Sequence record: SRR20825019_439
Length of the DNA stretch: 34,682 nucleotides
Strand: one strand, 5' to 3'
Made by a program: the position numbers and the translations under genes. This document shows, piece by piece, positions 1 through 8,697 of the stretch. Positions within the stretch are counted from its first letter, which is position 1; each line of letters starts with the position of its first letter. Below the pieces are notes generated by a model. That model did not search any database. It was not told the origin of the DNA and saw only the letters and a list, made by a program, of their open reading frames with translations.

Positions 1-54
1 CGGTCGCGCCATCCCTGGCGCTCCACGGTTCTGAATAACCTGACCGGCCTCGCT
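1..54 (-). repeat. Partial intergenic repeat-like element with a GGGA-loop hairpin, truncated by the window start
   Basis: Minus strand of 6-21 reads GCGCCA-GGGA-TGGCGC (6-bp stem). It resembles the element at 34613-34682 (AGCG...AAC[C/T]GT...GCCA[G/T]GGA[T/C]GGCG). Confidence 0.55.
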
Positions 55-205
55 TATTTTGGCTTTGTAGACATCTCCTGTTTTCTTACCGACTTGTATG
101 TCACCGCAACTGGTGCGGCATTCCGGCCAATGCAGCCATTCTGTTTACTCGCCATGATCGGATCTCGTCCTTGGAAAATTCCAGGCATCCTACGGAGACC
201 GATCA

Positions 206-1462
206 ATGAATCCTGCCGAACTGCTTTCCCAGCCTCTAGCCCTGAAAAACGGGGCGGTGATACCCAATCGATTTGCCAAATCGGCCATGAGCGAAACTCT
301 TGGAACCATGGATAACCGTGTGACGCGGGATCTGCCACGGCTTTATGGCACTTGGGCGGATGGCGGGATCGGGTTGTCGATCACCGGGAATGTGATGATT
401 GATCGGCGACATATTGGTGAACCAGGGAATGTGGTGCTGGAGGATGAGCGGGATCTGGACCTGTTGCGGGAATGGGCGAGGGCTGGTTCACGCAATGGGT
501 GCCAGCTGTGGATGCAGCTCAACCATCCCGGTAAGCAGAGCCCGAAAATGCTGAACAAGGCGCCGGTGTCGCCCAGTGCGGTTCCGTTCCGCAAGGAGTT
601 GCAGGCTATGTTTGCGACGCCCCGGGCGCTGGAAGTGTCGGAGATTGAAGACATTATCCAGCGGTTCGCCAGCAGTGCAGCGATTGCAGTGAAGGCGGGC
701 TTTTCCGGGGTGCAGATTCACGGCGCGCACGGCTATCTGGTGAGTCAGTTTTTGTCGCCCCACCATAACGTTCGGGAGGATGAGTGGGGTGGTAGTCCCG
801 AGAATCGGATGCGGTTTGTGGTGGAGGTGTACAAAGCCATCCGCGCGGCGACCGGCGAGCAGTTCAGTGTGGGCATCAAGCTGAATTCGGCGGATTTCCA
901 GCGGGGCGGTTTTACCGAGGAAGAGTCGTTAAAGGTTATCGAGACCCTGGCGGAGCTCGGCATTGATCTGGTGGAGATTTCCGGTGGCAATTACGAAAAC
1001 CCGGCGATGGCGAAAGGTGCCAAGGGTGTGAATGGCGCGAAGGCCAGCACCGTCGCCCGGGAGGCGTATTTCCTGGAATTTGCGGAGAAGGTGCGCAAGC
1101 GGGTGGACGTGCCGTTGATGGTAACCGGTGGTTTCCGCACCGAGTCAGGCATGGCGGAAGCTGTGGCATCGCGGGCTACGGATCTGGTGGGCCTGGCGCG
1201 GCCACTGGCGGTGGAGCCGGACTTCCCGCGACGCATTATGGCAGGGCAGGCATTTACCAGTTCCGTGAAGCCCATTCGCACCGGCATTCGCTTGATTGAT
1301 GAGATGGCGCTGATGGAAGTGAGCTGGTACACCCGGCAACTCGGGCGCATGGGTAAGGGTAAGGCACCAAAGAAGCACGACCGGGGTGTGCTGTCTTTGA
1401 TGGAGGTGCTGGCGGTGATGACGTCGCGGGGCGTGCGTACCCGGCTACGGGCCGGCGAGTGA
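206..1462 (+). CDS. NADH:flavin oxidoreductase / old yellow enzyme family protein
   Basis: 418 aa with PNRFAKSAMSE, QLNHPG, GFSGVQIHGAHGYLVSQFLSP, DEWGGSPENRMRF and GLARP motifs. RBS GGAG lies upstream of the ATG. Confidence 0.9.
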   Translation: MNPAELLSQPLALKNGAVIPNRFAKSAMSETLGTMDNRVTRDLPRLYGTWADGGIGLSITGNVMIDRRHIGEPGNVVLEDERDLDLLREWARAGSRNGCQLWMQLNHPGKQSPKMLNKAPVSPSAVPFRKELQAMFATPRALEVSEIEDIIQRFASSAAIAVKAGFSGVQIHGAHGYLVSQFLSPHHNVREDEWGGSPENRMRFVVEVYKAIRAATGEQFSVGIKLNSADFQRGGFTEEESLKVIETLAELGIDLVEISGGNYENPAMAKGAKGVNGAKASTVAREAYFLEFAEKVRKRVDVPLMVTGGFRTESGMAEAVASRATDLVGLARPLAVEPDFPRRIMAGQAFTSSVKPIRTGIRLIDEMALMEVSWYTRQLGRMGKGKAPKKHDRGVLSLMEVLAVMTSRGVRTRLRAGE

Positions 1463-2389
1463 TGGTTTGAAGGTTTCCAGCTTGTGGTTGAAAATCGCGC
1501 GTTGGGCTTCGGCCTCTGCGACGTCCGCAAGGTAAAAACGGATTCGTGTCCCGGGCCCACGTTGCGCCAGTCGGCCAGCATCCAGGGCGCTCAGGCAGCC
1601 TATTTTTGGGTAGCCACCGATCGTTTGCCGGTCTTTCATCAGGACGATCGGCTGGCCGTCACTGGGCACCTGAATGGCACCATAGGCGATGCCTTCGGAG
1701 ATGATGCCGTCCAGCTCAGAGTGTATAGGGTCGCCGGTTAACCGATAGCCCATGCGATCGATTCGCTGGCTGACCTCGTAACAGCCCGTGAAAAATTTCA
1801 TACGCTCACCAGCAGAAAAGTGCGCGTATTGGTAGCTGGGTATCACACCGATGTGGAGGTCCTGGTTATAGTCCGGAATTTCCCCGGCTGGCAGGCTTGC
1901 CATGGTCTTTGGATGGCTGCGGTCAAACCCGATGCAGTCGCCTTTGGCCAGCTTTTGCCCGCGTCCATCCAGTCCTCCAAGGCCTTCGCGCACGACGGTG
2001 GCGCAGCTACCCAGTTTCACGGTGGGCTTCAGTCCCCCGGCGACGGCAAGGTAGGCCCTTAGTCCGGCCACCGGCATGCCGAATTCGATACGGTCTCCCC
2101 GGTGGATTTGATAGGTATGCCAGGGTGCTGCCGCCTCTCCATTGATCTGCGCTCCGAGGTCCGCACCCGTGAGCGCGATGCAGGTATCCTCATGGGCCAG
2201 CAGGCTCAGTTTTCCAATATTGATCTCGATCTGCGCTGCCTCCGGTGGATTGGCGAGCAGGCGATTGGCCCAGCGAAAGGCATGCTCGTCCATGGGGCCG
2301 CCGGTGGTCACGCCAATGTGCTGATAGCCGTACCGGCCTTGGTCCTGCAGCAAGGCCAGCATACCGCCATCCAGAACTTCAAAACTCAT
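1445..2389 (-). CDS. pxpC: 5-oxoprolinase subunit C (KipA/AHS2 family)
   Basis: LQDQGRYG, GGPMD, GLRAYLAVAGG, DRMGYRL and GAIQVP..GQPIVLMKDRQTIGGYPKI motifs. Start reset to the ATG at 2389 (MSFEV), which overlaps the end of pxpB. Confidence 0.9.
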   Translation of the reverse strand: MSFEVLDGGMLALLQDQGRYGYQHIGVTTGGPMDEHAFRWANRLLANPPEAAQIEINIGKLSLLAHEDTCIALTGADLGAQINGEAAAPWHTYQIHRGDRIEFGMPVAGLRAYLAVAGGLKPTVKLGSCATVVREGLGGLDGRGQKLAKGDCIGFDRSHPKTMASLPAGEIPDYNQDLHIGVIPSYQYAHFSAGERMKFFTGCYEVSQRIDRMGYRLTGDPIHSELDGIISEGIAYGAIQVPSDGQPIVLMKDRQTIGGYPKIGCLSALDAGRLAQRGPGTRIRFYLADVAEAEAQRAIFNHKLETFKPSLAGP

Positions 2390-3071
2390 CGAGGTTGCCT
2401 CCGAGGTCCAGATACTCCTGGCGGTCAATCGATCGGAACCGCACCCTATCCCCTACTGATACCAGTGCCAGGGAATCGCTGTCCCAATCGATCATTCTTT
2501 GAGGTGTGCGACCGACTATCTGCCACCCGCCCGGCGTGGCGCTGGGATAGATGGCGGTCTGCGAGCCGGCAATGCCAACGCTCCCGGTGGGTATTTTCTG
2601 TCGGGGCGTGGCTTTGCGGGGCAGGGCAATTCGTTGGTCGGTAATGCCAAGGTAAGCGAACCCCGGGCTGAATCCGATGGCGTAAACGCGGTAGGTCTGC
2701 TCACTGTGGATGCGCACCACTTCGTCCCGGCTCAGGCCTGAATAGTCACACACCTCGTCCAGGTCCAGGCCTACTTCGTCGCCGTAGTAGACCGGCAACT
2801 CAATGGTGCTGGAAGCGCTTTCATCCGGCGCCTCCTGTTCTTCCTCGCTCAATGCCTTGCGCAGCCGGGACGCGATGCCGAAGCGGTCGGTCCTGTCGGC
2901 GTCATAGCAAACCAGCACGGAGGTATATGAAGGCACCAGGTCAATCACCAGATCCGACAGGTTCTGGCGAATGGCCTCAGTGGCCCACTTGACCTGGCCG
3001 GCGATGTCATCGCTGATACGGTCACCAAAATAGACGATGCACGTACTTTCGTTGACGGCTTCAATGATCAT
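2379..3071 (-). CDS. pxpB: 5-oxoprolinase subunit B (KipI/AHS1 family)
   Basis: LVPSYTS, ELPVYYG, IGFSPGFAYLG and GSVGIAG.QTAIYP..TPGGWQIVGRT motifs. 4-bp overlap with the pxpA stop. Confidence 0.92.
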   Translation of the reverse strand: MIIEAVNESTCIVYFGDRISDDIAGQVKWATEAIRQNLSDLVIDLVPSYTSVLVCYDADRTDRFGIASRLRKALSEEEQEAPDESASSTIELPVYYGDEVGLDLDEVCDYSGLSRDEVVRIHSEQTYRVYAIGFSPGFAYLGITDQRIALPRKATPRQKIPTGSVGIAGSQTAIYPSATPGGWQIVGRTPQRMIDWDSDSLALVSVGDRVRFRSIDRQEYLDLGGNLDEF

Positions 3072-3802
3072 AGTGACTCGACGACCTGCCGCATGTGCCT
3101 GGCCGCCTCTACAGCATGCTGGCTGTCGCCATGAATGCAGAGGGTGTCGGCCTTTATCGGGATACGTTTGCCGGAAATCGACGTGACGCTGCCTTCGGTG
3201 ATGATCTGTGTTACCTGCCTTTCTATGGCTTCTGGCGTGTCATGAACCGCGTTCTTCACCGAGCGTTTAACCAGAAGGCCTTCGTCGCTGTAGGCACGGT
3301 CGGAAAACGCCTCGAACCACACGTTGATGCCAGCGTCGGCGGCCAGCGCCAGAACTTCGTCGGCATCAGGTGTTGCCATGACCACCAGGGGGCAGTGGGC
3401 TGCATAGTTGCGTACCGCAGCCATCACCGCTGCCAGGGTTGTGCGGTCTACTGCCATTTTGTTGTAGAGCGCGCCGTGGGGCTTAATGTATTCGATGGCT
3501 GTGCCGTGGGTGCGGCAGATGCCGTCCAGCGCAGCGATCTGATACACCAGCAGGGCCTGGAGTTCCTCGGGCGCAAACTCCATGTCACGCCGGCCGAAAC
3601 CCAGCAGGTCCGGATAGCCGGGGTGCGCGCCGATGGTGACCTTCTCGGCAATCGCGGTTCTAACGGTGCGGTCCATGGTCAGCGGGTCTGAGGCATGGAA
3701 GCCGCAGGCTATATTGGCCATATCAATGTAGGGCATGACCTCGGCATCCATGCCTTTGGTCCAGCTACCGAAGCTCTCGCCCATATCGCAGTTGAGTTTC
3801 AT
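3068..3802 (-). CDS. pxpA: 5-oxoprolinase subunit A (LamB/YcsF family)
   Basis: LNCDMGESFG, ANIACGFHA, IGAHPGYPD, YIKPHGALYN and TLCIHGD motifs. Confidence 0.95.
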   Translation of the reverse strand: MKLNCDMGESFGSWTKGMDAEVMPYIDMANIACGFHASDPLTMDRTVRTAIAEKVTIGAHPGYPDLLGFGRRDMEFAPEELQALLVYQIAALDGICRTHGTAIEYIKPHGALYNKMAVDRTTLAAVMAAVRNYAAHCPLVVMATPDADEVLALAADAGINVWFEAFSDRAYSDEGLLVKRSVKNAVHDTPEAIERQVTQIITEGSVTSISGKRIPIKADTLCIHGDSQHAVEAARHMRQVVESL

Positions 3803-3832
3803 TGGTTGTCTCCAGAAACAAGTGAATGTGCG

Positions 3833-5140
3833 CTAGCCTCGGCTCATGGTCTGAGGGAGGTAGGTGACAATTTCCGGGAACCAGCCGATCAGAAACAGTG
3901 CTGCCATGATCAGCAGGAAAAAGGGTAGCGCGGCCCGGGCAACGTAGAGAATGTCTTTCCCGGTCAATGCCTGGATCACGAACAGGTTGAAGCCCACCGG
4001 TGGTGTAATTTGCGCCATCTCAACAACCAGAACGATAAAAATGCCAAACCAGAGCATGTCGATGCCGGCCTGCTGGACCATGGGCATGACCACAGCGACG
4101 GTAAGAACCACCACGGAAATGCCATCCAGGAAACAGCCCAGTAGAACGAAGAGGGCAGTCAGGCAGACAAGCAGTTCGAAAGAAGAGAGCGACATGCTGC
4201 CAATCCATTCCGCCAACTCTCTTGGAATGCCGAGAAAGCCCATGGACAAGGTGAGAAAATGCGCGCCCACCAGAATCAGGCCAATCATGCAGGAGCTCTT
4301 GACCGCGCCCAGCAGGCTTGCCTTGAAACTGTCGGCGTTCAGGGATCCGGTGACAGCCGCCAGCAACAGGGCGCCAAAAACGCCGAGTGCGGCAGCCTCG
4401 GTGGGTGTGGTAAAGCCGGCATAAATCGAACCAAGCACAAATACAATCAGGCCCACAATCGGCAGCAGCATTCGCAGCGCCTTGATCTTGGCTGAGAACG
4501 AGATGTGCTCTTTCTTATGCTTGGGCATCTCATCCTTGTTCAATGCCGCCCACACCATGGTGTAACCCATGAACATGGCCACCAGCATGAGGCCGGGCAG
4601 GGCGCCGGCGATAAACAGTCGGCCGATGGACACTTCAGCCGCCACGCCGTAAACAATCAGAATGATGGACGGCGGTATCAGCAGCCCAAGGGTGCCGGAA
4701 CCGGCAAGGGTGCCGACAGCCATGCGGTCGCTGTAACCCTGAGCCTTGAGCTCGGGCAGAGTCATGCGGCCAATGGTGGCCGCCGTGGCGGCCGACGAAC
4801 CAGACACCGCCGCGAATATACCGCAGCTGAGAATGTTTACGTGCAGCAGTTTGCCCGGTAAACCACCCATCCAGGGTGACAGTCCCTTAAACAGGTCCTC
4901 GGACAAGCGAGTACGGAACAGAACCTCGCCCATCCAGATGAACATAGGCAGTGCGGTCAGAGACCAGCCGGTGCTTGCGCCCCAGCTGGAGGTTGCGAAC
5001 AGAAGGCCGATCTGGTCGTTGCCGGACAACAGTAGCCCGAGGACGCCAATGCCAACCAAGGTCAGTGATACCCAAACGCCAAGCGCGAGCATCAATACCA
5101 TGGAGGCAGCGAGGGCGATGGAAAGCAGCGTGGTATCCAT
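3833..5140 (-). CDS. dctM: TRAP transporter large permease (DctM)
   Basis: 435 aa, hydrophobic, with FAAVSGSSAATAA, GTLGLLIPPSI, TPTEAA and ITPPVGFNLFV motifs. Confidence 0.93.
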   Translation of the reverse strand: MDTTLLSIALAASMVLMLALGVWVSLTLVGIGVLGLLLSGNDQIGLLFATSSWGASTGWSLTALPMFIWMGEVLFRTRLSEDLFKGLSPWMGGLPGKLLHVNILSCGIFAAVSGSSAATAATIGRMTLPELKAQGYSDRMAVGTLAGSGTLGLLIPPSIILIVYGVAAEVSIGRLFIAGALPGLMLVAMFMGYTMVWAALNKDEMPKHKKEHISFSAKIKALRMLLPIVGLIVFVLGSIYAGFTTPTEAAALGVFGALLLAAVTGSLNADSFKASLLGAVKSSCMIGLILVGAHFLTLSMGFLGIPRELAEWIGSMSLSSFELLVCLTALFVLLGCFLDGISVVVLTVAVVMPMVQQAGIDMLWFGIFIVLVVEMAQITPPVGFNLFVIQALTGKDILYVARAALPFFLLIMAALFLIGWFPEIVTYLPQTMSRG

Positions 5141-5658
5141 CAGATTTCCTCCAGATTGACGTCACTTTCGTGTTGTTGGTAAGAAGGCTCACGTTTCCGC
5201 AGCACCGCGATCAGGTCGTCCAGGATCGCGATAGTAAGCGCTAACGTGCCCAGCCCAACCGGGATCTGAGGGATCCAGATCGGAATGGGGATGTAGCCGT
5301 GTGAGACCTCCTCAAAAACGTAGGATTCCCACACCATGTGCCAGCAGTAGAAGGTCATGAAGCACGCAAGGCCGAGGCCAAGGATGAGTACCGCCAGTTC
5401 CTGAACGAACCGCGCCCGGGCCGGCCACTTCTGGATAACCAGGGTCACCCTGATGTGGCCACCTTCGTGAAAGGTGTAGGCAAGCCCGAAAAACGTGGAG
5501 GCGGCGAGAGCATACCCGGACACGTTTTCAGCAGAAGGGATGATAAAGCCGAACAGCCGGCCGACAATCTGCACCAGAATCACGACCATGATCAACGCAA
5601 TGCAGAACCCCGCTGCGTAACCAGACGCCAGGTAAAACTTGTCTCGAAGGGTACTCAT
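5140..5658 (-). CDS. dctQ: TRAP transporter small permease (DctQ)
   Basis: 172 aa, four predicted TM segments, GGHIRVT motif. Stop overlaps the dctM start by 1 bp. Confidence 0.9.
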   Translation of the reverse strand: MSTLRDKFYLASGYAAGFCIALIMVVILVQIVGRLFGFIIPSAENVSGYALAASTFFGLAYTFHEGGHIRVTLVIQKWPARARFVQELAVLILGLGLACFMTFYCWHMVWESYVFEEVSHGYIPIPIWIPQIPVGLGTLALTIAILDDLIAVLRKREPSYQQHESDVNLEEI

Positions 5659-5678
5659 GGAAGATGCCTCCCAAGCCG

Positions 5679-5707
5679 GCTTTCCCGCTGGAATGCCAGG
5701 GGAAAGC
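5679..5707 (-). other. Intergenic stem-loop directly after dctP, without a U-tract
   Basis: GCTTTCCC-G-CTGG AATG CCAG-GGGAAAGC inverted repeat. Confidence 0.6.
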
Positions 5708-5724
5708 GTCTTGTGAATGGACCG

Positions 5725-6690
5725 TTAACGGTAGTTTTGCAGAATAGTGCCGACTTCCTTCGGAGCTTCTTCTTCCCATTCCTGGATCATGATGTCGCCG
5801 ATCTTCTGAAATTCCTGCATCAACTGCTCTGACGGCTCAGACACTGTGATGCCATTCTCGGCCAGCGTTGCGGTGTCTTCGGCAGCGGTTACACGAACGC
5901 CCTCCCAGCCCTTCATTTCGGCTGCCGCGGCGGCGTCGAGAATGACCTGCTGTTGTTCTTCGCTCAGGCGGCGAAAGGCGCGCTTGTTGACGACGACAAC
6001 GTTCTTGGGAATCCAGGCTTTGATGTCAGTGTAGTGAGAGAGGTAATCCCAGGCCTGGCCGTTGGCGCCGGTGGATGGCGAGGTAATCATCGCGTCAATG
6101 ATGCCGGTACTGAATGCCTGGGGGATCTCAGGTACCTGAACGGTGGTCGGGGTGGTGTTCATGAGATCAGCCAGCCGTGAAGTGGACGGGCTGTAAGCGC
6201 GCATCTTCAGACCTTCCAGGTCGCTCATGGTGTTGACCGGAGCCTTTGTATACAGGCTCTGGGCGGGCCATGGCACCGTGTAAAGCAGCTTCATGCCCTC
6301 TTTATCGAGTTGTTTTTCCACCTCGGGTTTTGCGGCTTCCCAGAGCCGTTTTGCATCCTCAAAGCTAGTTGCCAGAAACGGAATGTTGTCGTGTTTGAAC
6401 ACCGGATGGGTGTTGCCCATGATGCCGATGAAGATCTCCCCCAGCTGAACCTGTCCTGTGCGGACGGCCCTCGGGATTTCCGGATGTTTAACCAGTGAGG
6501 CGCCGGAGTGGACGGTGATGGCTATGTCGCCGTCGGTGCCTGCCTTGATGTCTTCAGCAAACTCATAGGCGATTTTGGTTGGCAGGTTCGCATCGCCGTA
6601 GGGCGTTGGCATGTGCCATTGGGCAGCGTTGACTGCGGTGGTGAAGAAAACCCCTGCCATCAGGGTGGCTGTCGCAAGTTGTTTGAACAT
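5725..6690 (-). CDS. dctP: TRAP solute-binding protein (DctP), likely pyroglutamate/glutamate-type
   Basis: Sec signal peptide (..TAVNA), GLKMRAY with the carboxylate-binding Arg, and AFSTGIIDA. Substrate inferred from the pxpABC context. Confidence 0.88.
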   Translation of the reverse strand: MFKQLATATLMAGVFFTTAVNAAQWHMPTPYGDANLPTKIAYEFAEDIKAGTDGDIAITVHSGASLVKHPEIPRAVRTGQVQLGEIFIGIMGNTHPVFKHDNIPFLATSFEDAKRLWEAAKPEVEKQLDKEGMKLLYTVPWPAQSLYTKAPVNTMSDLEGLKMRAYSPSTSRLADLMNTTPTTVQVPEIPQAFSTGIIDAMITSPSTGANGQAWDYLSHYTDIKAWIPKNVVVVNKRAFRRLSEEQQQVILDAAAAAEMKGWEGVRVTAAEDTATLAENGITVSEPSEQLMQEFQKIGDIMIQEWEEEAPKEVGTILQNYR

Positions 6691-6743
6691 ATCGATTCTC
6701 CCGTTCTTTTGTTGTTGTTGCTTTGGTCATCAATTGGCAGTTG

Positions 6744-7559
6744 CTACAGCACCGCCAGTTCTTCGTTAAGCCGCTCGGTGAGCAGCATTTTTCCCGGTAC
6801 GTGAGTGATCGCGATCGGGGGGCGTGCGTTCTCCAGGGCAACCTGCGGCGTCACGCCACAGGCCCAGAAGACGGGTATCTCGTCACGGCGGATGGTGACG
6901 GCGTCGCCAAAATCCGGAGCGTGGATATCGTTGATTCCGATCAGGGCCGGATCCCCGATGTGCACCGGCGCCCCGTGCGCTTTGGGTAGCCGGGTGGTGA
7001 TCTGAATCGCCCGGATAGCATCGGCAGCTTTGAACGGCCTCATGGAGACCACCATGTCGCCGTGGAACCGGCCGGCCGATTGGGTGGCAATGTTCGAGCG
7101 ATACATGGATACGTTCTGCCCCTGCTCGACGTTCCTGATGGACAGGCCGGCACGGACCAGCGCATCTTCGAACGAGAAGGAGCAGCCGAGTACAAACGTC
7201 ACAAAATCGTTGCGCCACACATCGCGAATGTCAGTGGCAGTCTCAGCCCGTTCACCATTGCGGAAGATCTGGTACTCGGGGATGTCGGTTCGGATGTCCA
7301 GATCACGCCCAAGGCCCGGCAGCATGGGGTCACCGGTCTGGGAGACGCCAATCAGGGGGCAGGCGACAGGATTGTTCTGGCAAAACAGAAGAAAATCGTT
7401 CGCCCAGTCGGCCGGCAGGATGACGACATTGCCCTGAACCAGGCTCTGTGCCTTGCCGCTGGTGGTTCCGGTATGGGTACCGGAACGTATGTGTGCGCGT
7501 AGTTCAGATACCTGGTCAAGCAGGCCTGTTTTGAAGTCTGAATAATCGCCGGTCTGCAT
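6744..7559 (-). CDS. DUF1445 putative hydro-lyase / D-glutamate cyclase-like protein (YcsI family)
   Basis: [66 protein letters not shown] and ITHVPGKM motifs. Confidence 0.88.
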   Translation of the reverse strand: MQTGDYSDFKTGLLDQVSELRAHIRSGTHTGTTSGKAQSLVQGNVVILPADWANDFLLFCQNNPVACPLIGVSQTGDPMLPGLGRDLDIRTDIPEYQIFRNGERAETATDIRDVWRNDFVTFVLGCSFSFEDALVRAGLSIRNVEQGQNVSMYRSNIATQSAGRFHGDMVVSMRPFKAADAIRAIQITTRLPKAHGAPVHIGDPALIGINDIHAPDFGDAVTIRRDEIPVFWACGVTPQVALENARPPIAITHVPGKMLLTERLNEELAVL

Positions 7560-7600
7560 CTCGGCTACCCCTGATTGAATTTGTTATGTGGTTATGGATC

Positions 7601-7666
7601 AGGTTATTCCTATTGGCGAAAAAGTCTAATTATGGTTTTTTACGTTTGGTGATAAGTTTCGGTGAT
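7601..7666 (-). promoter_or_regulatory. Candidate sigma70 promoter with a LysR recognition box for the DUF1445-TRAP-pxp operon
   Basis: Minus strand TTAGAC-17bp-TAACCT (7601-7629). ATAA-N7-TGAT (T-N11-A) at 7652-7666 is centred about 65 bp upstream of the implied TSS. Confidence 0.45.
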
Positions 7667-8557
7667 GTCAGGTTCCACGTACTGTTTCGAAACGTTGACC
7701 GCCAGGTTGGCGGCCAGTTCGGCTATCGGGTTAAACGGCACGCTGGGGTACGAGGCTGTGAATGCCAGTTGTGATGGTGTCCAGGCGGCATCCAGAGTGA
7801 TCAGGCGCCCGCTTTTCAGGCCGTCAGATATCACGCTCATCGGTAGTGCCGACACACCAATGCCATCCAGCGTCAGCCGGCGACATGCTGCCAGTGAACT
7901 GGATGAATAGAAGCGTGCGGGCAGTTCGTCCAGTTCGCTGAATTTCTGGCTGATTTCGGCAAACGGCTTGGTGTTTCTGGCGTAGGTAATGATGGGCCAC
8001 TGGGCCAGTTCCTCGAGCTCCAGTTTTCGGTCTGGCAGTTTCAGCGCGGGACTTGCGACCCAGATCAGGGGGAAGCTGCACAGGTCCAGGTTTTCAATTT
8101 TGGGTTCGGAAACCGGACCCATCAGGAAAGCGAGATCGAAGGTGCGGTCCATCAGGCCGGTGCGGAGGTTCCCGGTGACGTCGACCGTGATCTCCACGTC
8201 CAGGTTTGGCGTGTTTTCGTTCAGCTTGCGGAAAAAGTATGGCAGCCAGGAGTGAACGATGGTCTCGGAAACGCCAAGCCTCAAGATGCCGGACAGCAAC
8301 GCGACCCTGTCGGCTCGTTTGCGCAGCTGCTGCGACATGGAGACGATTTTTTCGGCGTAGGGCAACAGCTCCTGCCCCCTGGTCGTCAACATGGTGCGGC
8401 CGGAATCCCGCTCAAAGAGCTGAACGCCCAGTTCTTCTTCAAGCGCTGCTATTCGATTGGATATCGCGGGTTGCGTGGTGTTTTGCCGCTCTGCCGCCTT
8501 GCGAAAACTTCCGAGGGTGGCTACCCAGATAAAAGTTTCCAGACGTTTAAAGTTCAT
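7640..8557 (-). CDS. LysR-family transcriptional regulator
   Basis: N-terminal HTH (GSFRKAAERQNTTQPAISNRIAALEEELGVQLFER) and LRLGVSETIVHSWLP. 305 aa. Confidence 0.95.
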   Translation of the reverse strand: MNFKRLETFIWVATLGSFRKAAERQNTTQPAISNRIAALEEELGVQLFERDSGRTMLTTRGQELLPYAEKIVSMSQQLRKRADRVALLSGILRLGVSETIVHSWLPYFFRKLNENTPNLDVEITVDVTGNLRTGLMDRTFDLAFLMGPVSEPKIENLDLCSFPLIWVASPALKLPDRKLELEELAQWPIITYARNTKPFAEISQKFSELDELPARFYSSSSLAACRRLTLDGIGVSALPMSVISDGLKSGRLITLDAAWTPSQLAFTASYPSVPFNPIAELAANLAVNVSKQYVEPDITETYHQT

Positions 8558-8643
8558 GGGCGCCCTTTGTGTTGGATAGCGGAATACCTTTCGACGTTGA
8601 GTGGGGCTGCTAGCTGAAGTTTAGTTCAGGATACGAAAGGCAT

Positions 8644-8674
8644 AAAAAAAACCCCGGCACGTGGCCGGGGTTTT
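8644..8674 (-). terminator. Rho-independent terminator of the porin gene
   Basis: AAAAAAAACCCCGGC-ACGTG-GCCGGGGTTTT: a GC stem followed by U8 on the minus strand, 23 bp after the porin stop. Confidence 0.9.
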
Positions 8675-8697
8675 CGTGTTGCTGACTTCTAATTCGA

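Noticed and set aside
54-338. 94-aa minus-strand ORF and 73-aa plus-strand ORF at the window start
   Set aside because: Both overlap the oxidoreductase start and show no recognisable motifs.
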